A stretch of DNA of 63,407 nt, filler included, from Chiloscyllium plagiosum (lineage: Eukaryota), in NCBI RefSeq assembly GCF_004010195.1. It is 7 parts of one record of this genome, joined end to end, with 100 filler letters (N's around TTAATTAATTAA, not from the genome) between each part and the next. Parts side by side here need not be neighbours in the genome. Positions count along the whole stretch, not along the records: positions 1 to 15,955 come from NC_057710.1; positions 16,056 to 34,356 come from NC_057710.1; 5 more parts are not named here. One strand, 5' to 3'. Within the stretch, counting starts at the first letter, position 1. Each line of letters begins with the position of its first letter. The notes beneath the pieces were generated by a model, which was not told where the DNA came from, searched no databases, and saw nothing but the letters and a program-made list of their open reading frames with translations. Positions 13,024 through 25,850 of the stretch are shown here, piece by piece. A program made the translations under genes and the position numbers.

Positions 13024-13274
13024 GTAAAAACGAGGTAATATGACCAGGGCCTCCAAGCCCTCCGTTTTTTCCTCTCCAGACGTTCCCAACAGTACCCCTC
13101 CACCGACACTCTCATTTGTTTGCCCGCCCACCCCCACCCTCCTCTAGCTTATCTCTCCATGCTTCAGGCTCTCTGCCTTTATTCCTGATGAAGGGCTTTT
13201 TCCCGAAACGTCGATTTTGCCTGTCCTCGGATGCTGCCTGAATTGCTGTGCTCTTCCAGCACCACTAATCCAGA
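13024..13274 (+). mobile_element. Internally deleted Penelope element with hammerhead motif
   Basis: DQGLQALRFFLSRRSQQYPSTDTLI RT fragment joined to pLTR; CTGATGA at 13185 and GAAACGTC at 13205; 14-bp duplication atcataaatccatg (13010-13023, 13275-13288). Confidence 0.88.
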
Positions 13275-14713
13275 ATCATAAATCCATGTCCTAGTAGATC
13301 TAGTACTGCCAGCAATAATATCAAAGTTCTTGATAGCACAGTAATTCCCAAAAATTGGAGCCATGTCCCAGTATCAGATCCCCCAACCTTGGAACTCAAC
13401 AACCAACAGAGAGAATGATTGTTGTAAATGCCAAAAGCATAATCGACAGGCAAATATATTCCTTCATGCTTAGTAGTCATAGGATTACTAAAATATTATA
13501 TTTGCTTAGTGTCTGATGCATATTGATAGATTACATTTTTGCTTATTTAACCAAGGTTTTAGTGCATGATGGAGGGCACTTGGCTCAGATAGCTAGCCAG
13601 TGATTTAGTATAGCATCAGTAGCACAAGTTTGGGATTATAGTAGAGACTACTGATTTCGGAGTTTTGAGCAGAACACCCTGGACGTGTTTATGACTAGGA
13701 CTAGTGTTGAGAGTGTCTGCTGAAGGCAGAGTGAGCTGCAGGGCCCAGCCATGACCGGAGGTCCTGAAAGAAGACTTCTGTATGTGGGTCATCCTATGAC
13801 TGGGTGCCTACTGGACCACCTTGATTCCTTCTGAGCAAGAGACAATTGGAATAAGGTCAAGATTCCTCATTTTCCTGTCACCTCAGAAAAAAAAATCAGG
13901 CCTTGTGAGATCTGTAGTGATCTATACACTCTCAGCTTCTGATTCCTAGAGCTAGGATTTAATAACCTCATAGACTTTTTAAAAAGAGGTGCCAGCAAGT
14001 TTATCTACAATCTGTTCTATATGCATAGTGGGTTCCTTTCTTTTAAACTGCAAATGATTGATTCACAAATAGTAGGAATCATGTTCCTAATTTTTAACTT
14101 TTTCAAAACATCACGCCTTAACCTAAAATGACAGCCTTTACTTGCTATTATATTTACCAGTTCTCTTGTATAATTCTAAATCTTAGCTACACATCTTGAA
14201 GGAAGAGAAGATTTTGTTTATTATTGACTGATTTGTAGAGGTGGTTAAAACAACAAATCAGAAAGATGCGCATTTCAAAATATTAACTTGTGGAGATTGC
14301 TTGTGGAGGCCTTCAGTCATATCCCTCTTAGGGGTCAATACTGCTCCCAGCATTTATGCTTTAATATGTCAATCCCCATGTCCACAGCAGAATTTTTCAA
14401 AAGTCATTCATAGGATGTGGGCATCATTAGTTTGGCCAGCATTTTTCACATTCCGATTTGCTCTGGAAAAGATAATGGTGAGCTGCCTTCTTGAACTGCT
14501 GCAGACCTTGGGCCCTGTAGATTTAGGCTAATGCAATAACTTGAAATTACTGTCAGACATAATGATTCAAAGCTTGGTATCTTGAACTACACTGCCTATA
14601 ACATTTCTGTGGCTCTGTGCCTGTGAATTCAATTCAAGTCTAAATCCTTCATTATCTGTAGCATAGCAAAGCCTGTAATAAAACTTTTCTTGCATACATC
14701 TGGGTTAAAAAAA

Positions 14714-15048
14714 TCATAGATCATTGAATCCCAACAGTGTGGAAACAGGCCATTCGGCCCAACAAGTCCACACCGATCGTCCGAAGAATAACGCACCCAA
14801 ACCCGTTCCGATACCCTACTACTCTACATTTTATGCCTTACTAATGCATCAAAATGACAAATCCCTGAACACTATGGGTAATTTAGATGGCCAATTTACC
14901 TAACCTGCACATCTTTGGATTGTGGGAGGAAACTCACACAGACAGGGGGAGAATGTGCAAACTCCACACAGACAGTTGCCCAAGGCTGGAATCAAACCAG
15001 AATCTCTGGCACTGTGAGGCAGCAGTGTGAACCACTGAACCACCATGT
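14714..15048 (-). mobile_element. HE1 SINE (V-SINE)
   Basis: ggagaatgtgcaaactccacacagacag..gcagtgtgaaccactgaaccacc. Confidence 0.92.
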
Positions 15049-15240
15049 TTCCCTAATGAACTTGAATTTGCACACACAACTGTACAACTAAATTGGAAAT
15101 GTAGGTCTAGTGAACTGGACCCACTCATGGTGATTGTAACGAGGCCAGCCAGGTGAGTCTCATAGAATGTGAGCTCGCTGTCTGGGGCTGCTAATCTGAT
15201 CAATCAGGTAGGCCTAGCTGACAGATAAGAACAGGAAGGT

Positions 15241-15489
15241 TGCCTGCCCCTCTTCCACGGTTACATTAGGGCCCGGGTGTCCTTGGAGAAGGAGCACGTG
15301 GTGTCGACCAACACCCTGGAGTTGTTCAGGGAGAGGTGGGCGCCGCAGGGAGTGGAGTGCATCATTTCTCCCTCCAACTCTATTTTGATTTAGTCCCCAC
15401 CCTCCCCTTCACTGTTTTGATCACACAGCACTGCCCTTTGATGTGAAGGGCAGTGTTGTCACTGGCCACCCGGGTGTTTTCCTAAAAAA
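15241..15489 (+). mobile_element. Tx1/L1-clade LINE 3' fragment
   Basis: CLPLFHGYIRARVSLEKEHVVSTNTLELFRERWAPQGVECIIS..*, short poly(A), 14-bp TSD aagaacaggaaggt (15227-15240, 15490-15503). Confidence 0.85.
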
Positions 15490-15660
15490 AAGAACAGGAA
15501 GGTCAGACATCTGGTTCACTCTGACAGCTGACTCTGAGGGGGCTGGATCAGTGTCAAGGGTTCTCCACATGTAAACAAAGGATGACTTGGTGACTTGATT
15601 TCTGGCACCACTTGGGAAGCTTGACTCATTCAATTCTATTGTCGAAGACGGGGCACAGTA

Positions 15661-16508
15661 GAACATAGAACATAGAACATAGAAGAATACAGCGCAGTAC
15701 AGGCCCTTTGGCCCTCGATGTTGCGCCGATCCAAGCCCACCTAACCTATACTAACCCACTCTCCTCCATATACCTATCCAATGCCCGCTTAAATGCCCAT
15801 AAAGAGGGAGAGTCCACCACTGCTACTGGCAGGGCATTCCATGAACTTACGACTCGCTGAGTGAAGAACCTACCCCTAACTTCAGTCCCATATCTACCCC
15901 CCCTTAATTTAAAGCTATGCCCCCTCGTAATAGCTGACTCCATATGTGGAAAAAGNNNNNNNNNNNNNNNNNNNNNNNNNNNNNNNNNNNNNNNNNNNNT
16001 TAATTAATTAANNNNNNNNNNNNNNNNNNNNNNNNNNNNNNNNNNNNNNNNNNNNCCTGGAATCTGCAACAGCCAATCCTGTCCCTGTTCTATCCATGTC
16101 TCCGTAATAGCCACAACATCGAAGTCCCAGGTACCAACCCACGCTGCAAGTTCACCTACCTTATTTCGTATACTTCTTGCATTGAAGTATACACACTTCA
16201 AGCCACTTTCCTGTTTACAGGCACCCTCCTTTGAAATTGATGCCATGTTCCTAACCTCCCTACACTCCAGGCCCTGCACCCTGAAGCTACAATCTGGGTT
16301 CCCATGCCCCTGCAGAGTTAGTTTAAACCCCCCCCAAGAGCACAAGCAAACCTCCCTCCAAGGATACTGGTGCCCCTCAGGTTCAGGTGTAGACCATCCT
16401 GTTTATAGAGGTCCCACCGTCCCCAGAAAGAACCCCAGTTATCCAAAAACCGGAATCCCTCCCTCCTGCACCATCCCTGTAGCCACGCATTTAAGTGTTC
16501 TCTTTCCC
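15661..16508 (-). mobile_element. Young CR1 spanning an assembly gap (ORF1 end/endonuclease start to 3' tail)
   Basis: LKCVYFNARSIRNKVGELAAW..DVVAITETW (APE) and (GAACATA)n tail. Confidence 0.92.
15956..16055. other. Artificial scaffold spacer N44-TTAATTAATTAA-N44 (also 34357-34456, 43256-43355, 49259-49358, 56054-56153, 61166-61265)
   Basis: Identical 100-nt block six times; the core places stop codons in all frames. Confidence 0.97.
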
Positions 16509-17547
16509 TATATGGAAAGAATGCATTAATTTTTCTGCAGTTTGATGAGGATTCCCAGAAGTATGCTACAATTAATACCTATAAGGGTTTGTACCAATAT
16601 ACGAGACTGCTATTTGGGATATCATGAACCTGTGCAATTTCTCAGCAGGCAATGGAGAACATTTTGCAAGGTCTACCCCAGGTCACCATTTATCTGGATG
16701 ATGTGCTAATAACAAGGTAGGTTAATAAGGAGAATTTAGTGAATGTGAATATAGTCCAGAAATTTCTCCCCAGCCAGTTGTACGCCTTAGAGGGGAAAAA
16801 TGTGTGTTCCAGCACACCTCAGGACTTATGCTGGAGGTGACAGAATGAAGATGGACTTTCTTTAAGATATAAATTTTTATTCTTGTTATTTTTAAACTAT
16901 TATAAATAATGCTAGACTGTGGTAACAATTGAAGCTTTTCAATGTATTTTACTGTGTTATTTATTGTAGAACACAAATTACAATAAATAATCATTCTTTC
17001 ATTTAGCAACTTATTCCTTATCTTCATCCCATCATCACTTGATTCATGGACCCTTTAATCTGTACCCATTGATATTTGAAAAAGTCAGTAAGTTTGGTGA
17101 TGTCAAACTGATCTCTGCCATTGAATTATGGCGTTCGTGTGTAATGACTAGCCAAACAGAAATTATTCATTAAGATGTTGGGATGTGGAAGACAGATGAA
17201 AATTATGAAAATCAGTGTCAGCATGACCATTGAAGTTCATTAGAGATAAAATCTAGAATTATAAAATGTGAAAGCATTTATCTCTGCATTTGAATTGTTC
17301 TTTTAAGCAAAATCCAAGCACCAATAATGAGAAGTTTATATGACTTACACAATTTCTATACAGAAGAGTAGGTTTTACTAACTAAGGAACAACTGAGTGA
17401 TTTTGAATCATTTTAGAACATTGATTATGACAACAATGTTCTCCACAATAAATCCTTGAGTTAAGTTTCATATTTTTCAAAAAGCATTTTATATTTTGAA
17501 GCTAACTTCGTTGATGTCACATTTGCTCCAGATTTCTCTCCATCTGA

Positions 17548-18528
17548 CCAGATGGGCCAATGGGCTGAGAAGTGGCAGATGGAGTTCAAATCAGATAAAT
17601 GCGAGGTGCTGCATTTTGGGAAAGCAAATCTTAGCAGGACTTATACACTTAANNNNNNNNNNNNNNNNNNNNNNNNNNNNNNNNNNNNNNNNNNNNNNNN
17701 NNNNNNNNNNNNNNNNNNNNNNNNNNNNNNNNNNNNNNNNNNNNNNNNNNNNNNNNNNNNNNNNNNNNNNNNNNNNNNNNNNNNNNNNNNNNNGGAGAAC
17801 GTGCAAACTCCACACAGTCAGTCGCCTGAGTCGGGAATTGAACCCGGGTCTCTGGCGCTGCGAGGCAGCAGTGCTAACCACTGTGCCACCGTGCCGCCCA
17901 CCATGCTTTCCTTTATTGGTCAGAGTAGAGTACAGGGGTAGGGAGGTCATGTTGCGGCTGTACAGGACAGTGGTTAGGCCACTGTTGGAATATTGCATGC
18001 AATTCTGGTCTCCTTCCTATCGAAAAGATGTTGTGAAACTTGAAAGGGTTCAGAAAAGATTTACAAGGATGTTACCTGGGTTGAAGCATTTGAACTATGG
18101 GGAGAGGCTGAACAGGCTGGGGCTGCTTTCCCTGGAGTGTTGGAGGCTGAGAGGTGACCTTATAGAAGTTTACAAAATTATGAGGGGCATGGATAGAATA
18201 AATAGACAAAGTCTTTTCCCTGGGATCGGAGAGTCCAGAACTAGAGGGCATAGGTTTAGGGTGAGAGGGGAAAGATATAAAAGAGACCTAAGGGGCAACT
18301 TTTTCATGCAGAGGATGGTACATGGATGGAATGAGCTGCCAGAGGAAGTGGTGGAGGCTAGTACATTTGCAACATTTAAAAGGCATTTGGATGGGTATAT
18401 GATTAGGAAGGGTACAGAGGAATATGGACCGGGTGCTGGCAGGTGGGACTAGATTGTGTTGGGATATCTGGTCAGCATGGACGGGCTGCACTGAAGGGTT
18501 TGTTTCCATGCTGTACATCTCTATGACT
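17548..18528 (+). mobile_element. CR1 3' portion containing a reverse HE1 SINE head (17794-17899) beside a gap
   Basis: VRPLLEYCMQFWSPSYRKDVVKLERVQKRFTRMLPG..WNELPEEVV. Confidence 0.94.
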
Positions 18529-19635
18529 GTCTGACTCAGTAACCTACTCAAATGCTGTTTCTTGATCAATGTGGGCCTGGTCACATACATTTCTAGGACT
18601 CTTGCCAATGTGTTCTAGAAATGACTATCTGGTGAATAGAATCTCTAAGGGAGCACTGAATGTGAACATCAGTCAAGATGACATTTGATTTGAATTTGGT
18701 GACTCCAAGTTAACAATTCAACAGTTTTATTTTTTAATGGGCTGCGTGCATGTGTCCCACATCATTTCAGGACCACGTATAAAGTTTAAATCCATGTTTG
18801 TGTTACTTTCCACATATCTCAAATTTTCTACTTAGTGTTTTGATTAACGTTTATTTGTCAGTAAAGCCACCCTTTTCCAAAGTTTTAAGTCCACAAAATG
18901 CAAATGGGGCAAGCAAGCAAGTAATAAATATAAATGCAAAAGGACTGAACTGGCTAAATTCATGGGCTGGATTGCCGGGTGTTATAGACAACATGTAATT
19001 CCCTTGTCAAAATCCTGGGCATAATTTTCAAAATGGCTTTGAATCTTACTTCTGAGTGGGAATGTGGCAAAGTGAGTGGAATGCTGAGTATCATTTTTGT
19101 TTCCTTACTTCAGCAGAGATATGTTTGCCATCTAAGTAGCTTGGAAGCTTCCTGAGAAGAATGGGTTGCCTCATGAGGAAAGTTTAAGCCAGCTCTATTC
19201 AGTGAAGTTTAGAGGAACGATAGGAAATGTTATTTAAGCATTTGAGATCTGAGAAAGCTGGATGAGATGGATGGGAATGTTTCTGCATACTTTCTACATT
19301 CTCATGATTTGTGAGACATTCAGCCTTTACAACATTCATTTTTATCTCTAAGTCATGGATAATAACTTACTGCTGTTGAGCTAAATGTAATAATTTACTG
19401 AGAGTTGAAGACATACAATTGCTTCAACTATAATTTGCTCCACTGTGAATACTTTGGAATGAATTTCTGAGGAGGTTCAACCCTTTGGTTTAAAATAGTC
19501 CTGAAAACAATGTGTATTATAATCATTTTATGTGACTTTGAAAGAACAATAACATCCCTAAACTAAGAACTGTGGTTCTGGACTCAACTACTCTCTCAGA
19601 CAGTGCAGTCCAGTATCGCAGCACCCATTGAGTGG

Positions 19636-20525
19636 AAAACATAGAACATAGAACATTACAACACAGTACAGGCCCTTCGGCCTCGATGTTGCGCCTCCCT
19701 GTCTTACTAATCTGAAGTCCATCCATCTACACTATTCCATTTACATCCATATGCCTGTCCAATGAAGATTTAAATGAACTTAAACTTGGCGAATCTACTA
19801 CCATTGCAGGCAATGCATTCCATATCCTTACTACTCTCTGAGTAAAGAAACTACCTCTGACATCTGTCTTATACCTATCTCCCCTCACTTTAAAGCTGTG
19901 TCCCCTCGTGTTTGCTTTTCCCATGCTTGGAAAAAGGCTGTCCCTGTCCACCCTATCTAACCCTCTGATTATCTTGTACGTCTCTATTAAGTCACCTCTC
20001 GACCTTCTTCTCTCTAGCGAGAACAGCCTCACGGCCCTCAGCCTTTCCTCGTAAGACATTCCCTCCATACCAGGCAACATCCTAGTAAGTCTCCTCTGCA
20101 CCTTCTCCATAGCTTCCACATCCTTCTTATAATGCGGTGACCAGAACTGTACACAATACTCCAAGTGTGGCCACATCAGAGCTTTGTACAGCTGCAACAT
20201 AACCTCCTGGTTCCAGAACTCAATCCCTCTATTAATAAAGGCCAAACACTGTATACCTTCTTAACAACCCTGTCAATCTGGGTGGCAACTTTCAGGGATC
20301 TGTGTACATGGACACTGAGATCCCTCTGCTCATCCGCACTCCCTAGAATCCTACCATTAGCCCAGTACTCTGCATTCCGTTTACTCCGTCCAAAGTGTAT
20401 CACCTCACACTTGTCCACATTAAACTCCATTTGCCACCTCTCAGCCCAGCTCTGCATCCTATCTATGTCTCTCTGCAAACTACTATATCCTTCATCACTA
20501 TCCACAACTCCACCTACCTTAGTGT
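19636..20525 (-). mobile_element. CR1 3' portion
   Basis: ORFs 19727-20245 and 20176-20505 (-) are frameshifted CR1 ORF2 C-terminus; GAACATA tail. Confidence 0.95.
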
Positions 20526-20834
20526 TGTCCTCAGTTTCCTCAAATCCTTTCTGAACCTTTTACCTTTCATCTAAAAATCATGCTTCTTAAAAATTATTAA
20601 GAAAGCAAAGAAGAAAAATATTTTGCCTGTCCAAAGACATATATTCAGAACCCATCTGCATACTCTCCTCTTCTTTCATCATTTATTTGTCACTGTTCTG
20701 TTACCTCTTTTGTCCTTGCTCATAATTCTTTTTTCATCACAAATATCCAAGATAGTCTTTCCTTATTCTACACTTTTTTTTCCCAAACCCTTCACTCTCC
20801 ATGCCTCTCAGGGTGGTCTGTTCAGTTTTACTTG

Positions 20835-21335
20835 TCATAGAGTCATAACAATGTAGAGCATGGAAACAGAACTTTCGGTTCAACTCTTCTGTGCCAAACA
20901 GATATCCCAATCTGACCTAGTCCCATTTTCCAACATTTGCCCCATATCCCTACAAACACTTTTGATTCATATACCCATCCAAGTGCCTTTTAAACATTGT
21001 AATTGTACCAGGCTCTATAACCTCCTCTGGCTGCTTGTTGCATACATGCACAACCCTCTAAGTGAAAAGTTACTCTTTAGGTCTTTTTCAAATCTTTCCC
21101 CATCACATTAAATCTATGCTATATAGCTTTGGACTGCATCACCCCAGGAAAAAAAGACCTTAACTATTCACCTTGTCCACCTTATGATTTTATAAACCTC
21201 CATAAGGTCACCCATCAGCCTCTGACTCTCCAGGGAAAAAAATCTAAGCCTATTCAGCCTCTCCCTATAGGTCAAACATGCCAATCTTGGCAACATCCTT
21301 GTAAATCTTTTCTGCAACCTTTCAAGTTTAACATT
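20835..21335 (-). mobile_element. CR1 (HER1-like) 3' end
   Basis: gtcatagagtcata tail and homology to 2965-3320. Confidence 0.9.
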
Positions 21336-21576
21336 ATTTGCTTTTGGCTTTCTGATTCTCCATTCATCCTTGGCTGTGTTTGCTGTTCGTCAGAGTATGT
21401 GCACCATTCCATAACAAACTGTGACACCAAGCTGCACCAGGAGATATTAGATCAGATACAAAAAGTTTTGGAAACGAGATGGAGAGGTATAGTGAATATA
21501 TTCTAGAGCTATCAAAATAATTGCAGAAGTGTTGTTTCATTGGGTTAATTTGGGTAGCTGACTAGTTTGCTCTCTT

Positions 21577-21680
21577 CTGAGCTGAAAATGTGTTGCTGGA
21601 AAAGCGCAGCAGGTAAGGCAGCATCCAAGGAGCAGGAGAATCGACGTTTCGGGCATGAGCCCTTCTTCAGGAATTACAAG
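21577..21680 (-). mobile_element. Penelope pLTR mini-element with hammerhead motif
   Basis: gacgtttcgggcatgagcccttcttcagg is the reverse of CTGAAGA-stem-GAAACGTC; 13-bp duplication agtttgctctctt (21564-21576, 21681-21693). Confidence 0.88.
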
Positions 21681-22162
21681 AGTTTGCTCTCTTGTAATCC
21701 TAACTCAACCCAGGGGTTGAATAGCCTCTGTGCTGACTGTTCAAAGATGCATTTTTCAACTTCCCACCAACCTATGTTACAAAGATGTGAATATGATTAG
21801 GGTCGTCTGTTCACAGGTAAATGGATGTCTGTCAAGTGGGAGGCTTTCAATAGCGTGATGACAAGAGTTCAGAAGCATATGCTCCTGTTAGGGTGAAGGG
21901 TAAGGCTGGTAAGATTAAGGAACTGTGGACGCATAAGGATATTGAGGTTCTAGTCAGGAATAAAAGGGAATCTTAAATTAGATAAGGACAACTGGGTTCA
22001 AATGATTCTCTTAATCAATTTAAAGAGTGTAGTGACATTCTTGAGAAGGGAATCAGGAAAGCAAAGAGGGGATATGAGATAACATTGGCAGATGAGGTTA
22101 AGGATAATTCAAAGAGGTTCTTCAAGTATATTAAGAGTAACAGGGTAGAGTGTGGATAGGGC

Positions 22163-22520
22163 CTCTTCAAGATCAAGCAGATCATCTTTGTGTTGAACCT
22201 CACAAGGTGAGAGATACATTAAATGATTATTTTGTGTCAGTTTTTACTGTAGAGAAAGAAATGAAGGTTAGAGAACTCAGGGAATTAAATATTGATGTTT
22301 TAAAGACAGTTCACATTGCAAATGTTGCAAATATTGTGCCTCTCTTCAAGATCAAGCAGATCATCTTTGTGTTGAACCTCACGAGGTCAGAGATACATTA
22401 AATGATTATTTTGTGTCAGTTTTTACTGTGGAGAAAGAAATGAAGGTTAGAGAACTCAGGGAATTAAATATTGATGTTTTAAAGACAGTTCACATTGCAA
22501 ATGTTGCAAATATTGTGCCT
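22163..22520 (+). repeat. 179-bp tandem duplication inside CR1
   Basis: Units 22163-22341 and 22342-22520, nearly identical. Confidence 0.93.
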
Positions 22521-23224
22521 TAATTTAAGAAAGGTTGTAAGGAGAAACCAGGGAATTATAGACCTGCGAGTCTCACTTTGATTGTGGATAGATTGTTGGA
22601 GGTGCTTCTAAAAGATAGGATTTATAAACATTTATAGAAGCAAAAATTTATTAGGGATAGTCAGCATGGTTTTGTGTGAGAAAAATCATATCTCATGTTT
22701 TTTGAGCAAGTTACCAAAAGATGGATGATGGTAGAGCAGTAGACGTTGTTAACTTGGACTTCAGTAAGTCTTTGACAAGGTTCCCCCATGATAGGCTAAT
22801 TAGCAAAGTTAAGTCACATGAGATTCAGACTGAGCTTGAAAATTGGACACAAAATTGGCTTAAGAGCAGAAGACAGGTGGTGGTGGAGTGTTGCTTTTCA
22901 GACAGTAGGCCTGTCACCAGCAATGTTCCACAGGGATTGGTTCTGGGTTCTCTTTTGTTTGTCATTTATATAAATGACTTGGATGAGAATATAGCAGACA
23001 GGTTAGTAAGTTTGTGGATGACACCAAAATTGGTGGCATTATTGAGAGTGAAGAAGGTTATCTAAGATCACAACTGGATCTTGATCTAATGGGTCCTTGG
23101 GCTGAAAAATGGCTAATGGTTTTCAATTTGGATAAATGTGAGGCACTGAATTTTGGTGCAACAAATTGGGGCTTATACAATTAATAGTTGGACTGGGGAG
23201 GGATGGGGGTAGTGCTGTAGAACA

Positions 23225-23370
23225 TAGAGTCTGAATTACAGTGATGCTGGAAAAGCACAGCAGGTCAGGCAGCATCCAAGGAGCAGAAAAATCAACGTTT
23301 CGGGCAAAAGCCCTTCACCAGGACCCTTATTCAGACTTGGGTTTCCAGATCTGCCGTCCTCGCTTTTACC
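23225..23370 (-). mobile_element. Penelope pLTR mini-element inserted in CR1
   Basis: Same pLTR body with degenerate hammerhead core; 10-bp duplication ctgtagaaca (23215-23224, 23371-23380). Confidence 0.85.
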
Positions 23371-24689
23371 CTGTAGAACAGAGACCTCGGGGTTCAAGTG
23401 TATAATTCTTTGAAGTTAGCATCACATATAGACAGAGTAGTTAAAAAGGCATTTAGCACACTTGCCTTCATTCCTTTAAGTATAAGAGTTGGGAAGTCAT
23501 GTTGAAGTTGTACAGGACATTGGTGAGGTTTCTGCTGGAGTGTTGTGTCAGTTCTAATTGTCCAGTTATAGGAAGGATATTATCAATGTGGAGAGGGTTC
23601 AGAAGAGATTTACCAGGATGTTGCTCGGTATGGAAGGTTCGAAGGATAAAGAAAGGCTAGACAGGCTGGGACTTTTTTCATTAGAGTGTAAGAGGTTGAG
23701 AGGTGACCTTGCAGAGGTTTAGAAAATCATGAGGGGTATGGGTAGGGATAATGGTAGATGTTTTTCCCTAGGATGGGGATTTTAAGACTAGGGGACATAT
23801 TTTTAAGGTGAGAGGAGAGAGATTTAAGAAAGACATGATGGGCAACTTATTTACATAGAGGGTGGTTCATGTGTGGAATGAACTGCCAGACAAAGTGGTG
23901 GATGCAGACACAGTTACAACATTTAAAAGTCAATTAGGTAAGTACATGAATAGGAAAGATTTGGAGGGATATGAGCCAGGAGCAAGCAGGTGGGACTAGT
24001 TTAGTTTGGGATATTGTTCAGCATGGACTGATTTAACCAAAGGGTTCTGTTTCCATACTGCTTTACTATATGACTCTCTATGTTGCTACTGCTGAGAATG
24101 GTCTAGCAGACATTACTGTGGGCATTTCACAAATAGAACTGCAGCAGTTCATGGAGAAAGCCAATCATCACTGTGTCAGGACCAATAGGATGAGCAGTAA
24201 ATGTAACTATATCTGAACTGCTAAGAATTTATTTTTAAATCCCAGTCATCTAAGGGTTAACTTGATGATTTGAACAATTCAAATGGAACAGAAATAAACT
24301 CAACGTTTTAAAGAGTAACTCATTTGGAAGTAAAAATGTGCTAAGGATCAAGGCGTTTAGAACTTGTTTATACATCTTGATGAGTTACATGTTGATCACA
24401 AAAATACTTGCTGGGCTTAGGGACAGTTGACAACAATTCAGGGACACTAGCCTTGCTTTGGATTTCCAGCAAGAGAGCAATGGTGCATATAAGCTCCATC
24501 CCCAAAAGTGTCACCATGAATCCAGGAAATTTTATTTTTGGACTTCATTACCATTTGCATAATATCAGGAATGGGGCCATTTCCTCCAAATCTCCTAGGT
24601 TAAGTCAGAATGTACCTCTTAAAATGGAGATTCATCTATCACTTTGACATTTCATCTTTTATTTTAAACACTTGCTGACTGCTGCAAAG

Positions 24690-25300
24690 AACACTTTCTA
24701 CACCTCCAAGGAGGTCCTAATGGAGGAGATGAGGACAAGGAGGGAGTTATTTTTCAGAGGAATTGCATCTTAAGATCAGGTGCCAGTTTTGGCTCAAAGG
24801 TGACATTTATAATAATAATTTAGAAGGTTGTAGGTTCAAGTCCAGTACTGAGGGAGTGTTGCAATCTCAGAGATACTGTCATTCAGACTGATGCTAAACC
24901 AAGGCACTATCTGTTCTCTCTCAAGTGTACACCATTTGAAGGGCACGAGAATCCTACATCATGCTCACTGGCAATATTTACTCTTCAATGAAAATCACTA
25001 AAAACAGATCACTGTTTATGTGACACTGCTGTGCAGAGAATGGCTGCAATGTTCCTTATAACTGTGTCTGAAGTTTAAAACTCTTCAACAATTATAAAGA
25101 GAGTTTGAGATGTTCTAAGCTTCTGAAAGATATGTTATAAACGCATGTCATCCTTTTGTCTTCTCAGTCTCAATGACAGAGGTAGATGTCAGTGTAGATG
25201 CCACAGCATTATCTTGTAAAACCCCCTCCCAAAATCCTGTGCCTTTAAGCAGGATCTATTTATAATGTTGGAGGAGTTCAATAGCCTCACAAAAATAGCA
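24690..25300 (+). mobile_element. Harbinger Myb/SANT ORF remnant split by a SINE
   Basis: 24711-24755 reads EVLMEEMRTRRELFF; ~25267-25300 reads CWR..FNSLTKIA. Confidence 0.5.
24782..25150 (+). mobile_element. Deu-domain SINE (SacSINE1-like)
   Basis: ggttcaagtcc B box, tgagggagtgttgca, taaaccaaggc, ggcaatatttactcttcaa..atcactaaaaacagat, atggctgc. Confidence 0.75.
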
Positions 25301-25467
25301 ATGATAATATAGCTCTCAAGTTCACTCAACAGAACCAACCAAAATTGATTTTACCCCTCTCTTCCATGAACTCCTTTAGCATACAATAACAAAAGAATGT
25401 TATCATAACTCTATTTCTCGTTCACAATATACATGATGTAGACTGTGATGTAACTAATTTCATGTTT

Positions 25468-25850
25468 AGAACATAGAACATACAACATTACATTGCAGTA
25501 CAGGACCTTCGGCCCTCAATGTTGCGTTGACCTGTGAAATTAATCTGATGCCCATCTAACCTACACCGTTCCATTATTATCGGTGAGTCTACTACTGTTG
25601 CAGGCAGGCCGTTCCATGCCCCTACTACTCTCTGAGTAAAGAAACTACCCCTGATATATGTCCTAAATCTATCATCCCTCAATTTAAAATGATGTTCCCT
25701 CGTGTTAGCCTTCACCATCTGAGGAAAAAGGCTCTCACTGTCCATGCTAACTGTCTGATTACCTTATATGTCTCAATTAAATCACCTCTCAACTTTCTTC
25801 TCTCCAACAAGAACAGCCTCAGTTCCCTCAGCCTTTCCTTGTAAGATCTT
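25468..25850 (-). mobile_element. CR1 3' end
   Basis: FFTQRVVGAWNGLPATVVDSP; GAACATA tail. Confidence 0.92.

Larger units (their letters stand above)
15135..16820 (+). mobile_element. Deleted Ty3/Gypsy LTR retrotransposon (LTR, gag start, RT fragment), split by two insertions
   Basis: Begins TGTAAC. Gag-like PLGKLDSFNSIVEDGAQY|MERMH joins across the CR1 insert. RT QKYATINTYKGLYQYTRLLFG..MENILQGLPQVTIYLDDVLIT (YLDD at 16691-16702). Confidence 0.85.
21830..24082 (+). mobile_element. CR1 ORF2 (decayed) to 3' end
   Basis: PGNYRPASLT, VDVVNLDFSK, VPQGLVLGSLLFVIYINDLD, WNELP; CTATGACT-type tail. Confidence 0.94.

Noticed and set aside
15956..16055. Recurrent palindromic TTAATTAATTAA motif
   Set aside because: Always centred in exactly 44+44 Ns; an assembly spacer, not biology
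17496..18452. 318-aa ORF
   Set aside because: Reads through a gap and an HE1 SINE into CR1 ORF2; not a gene
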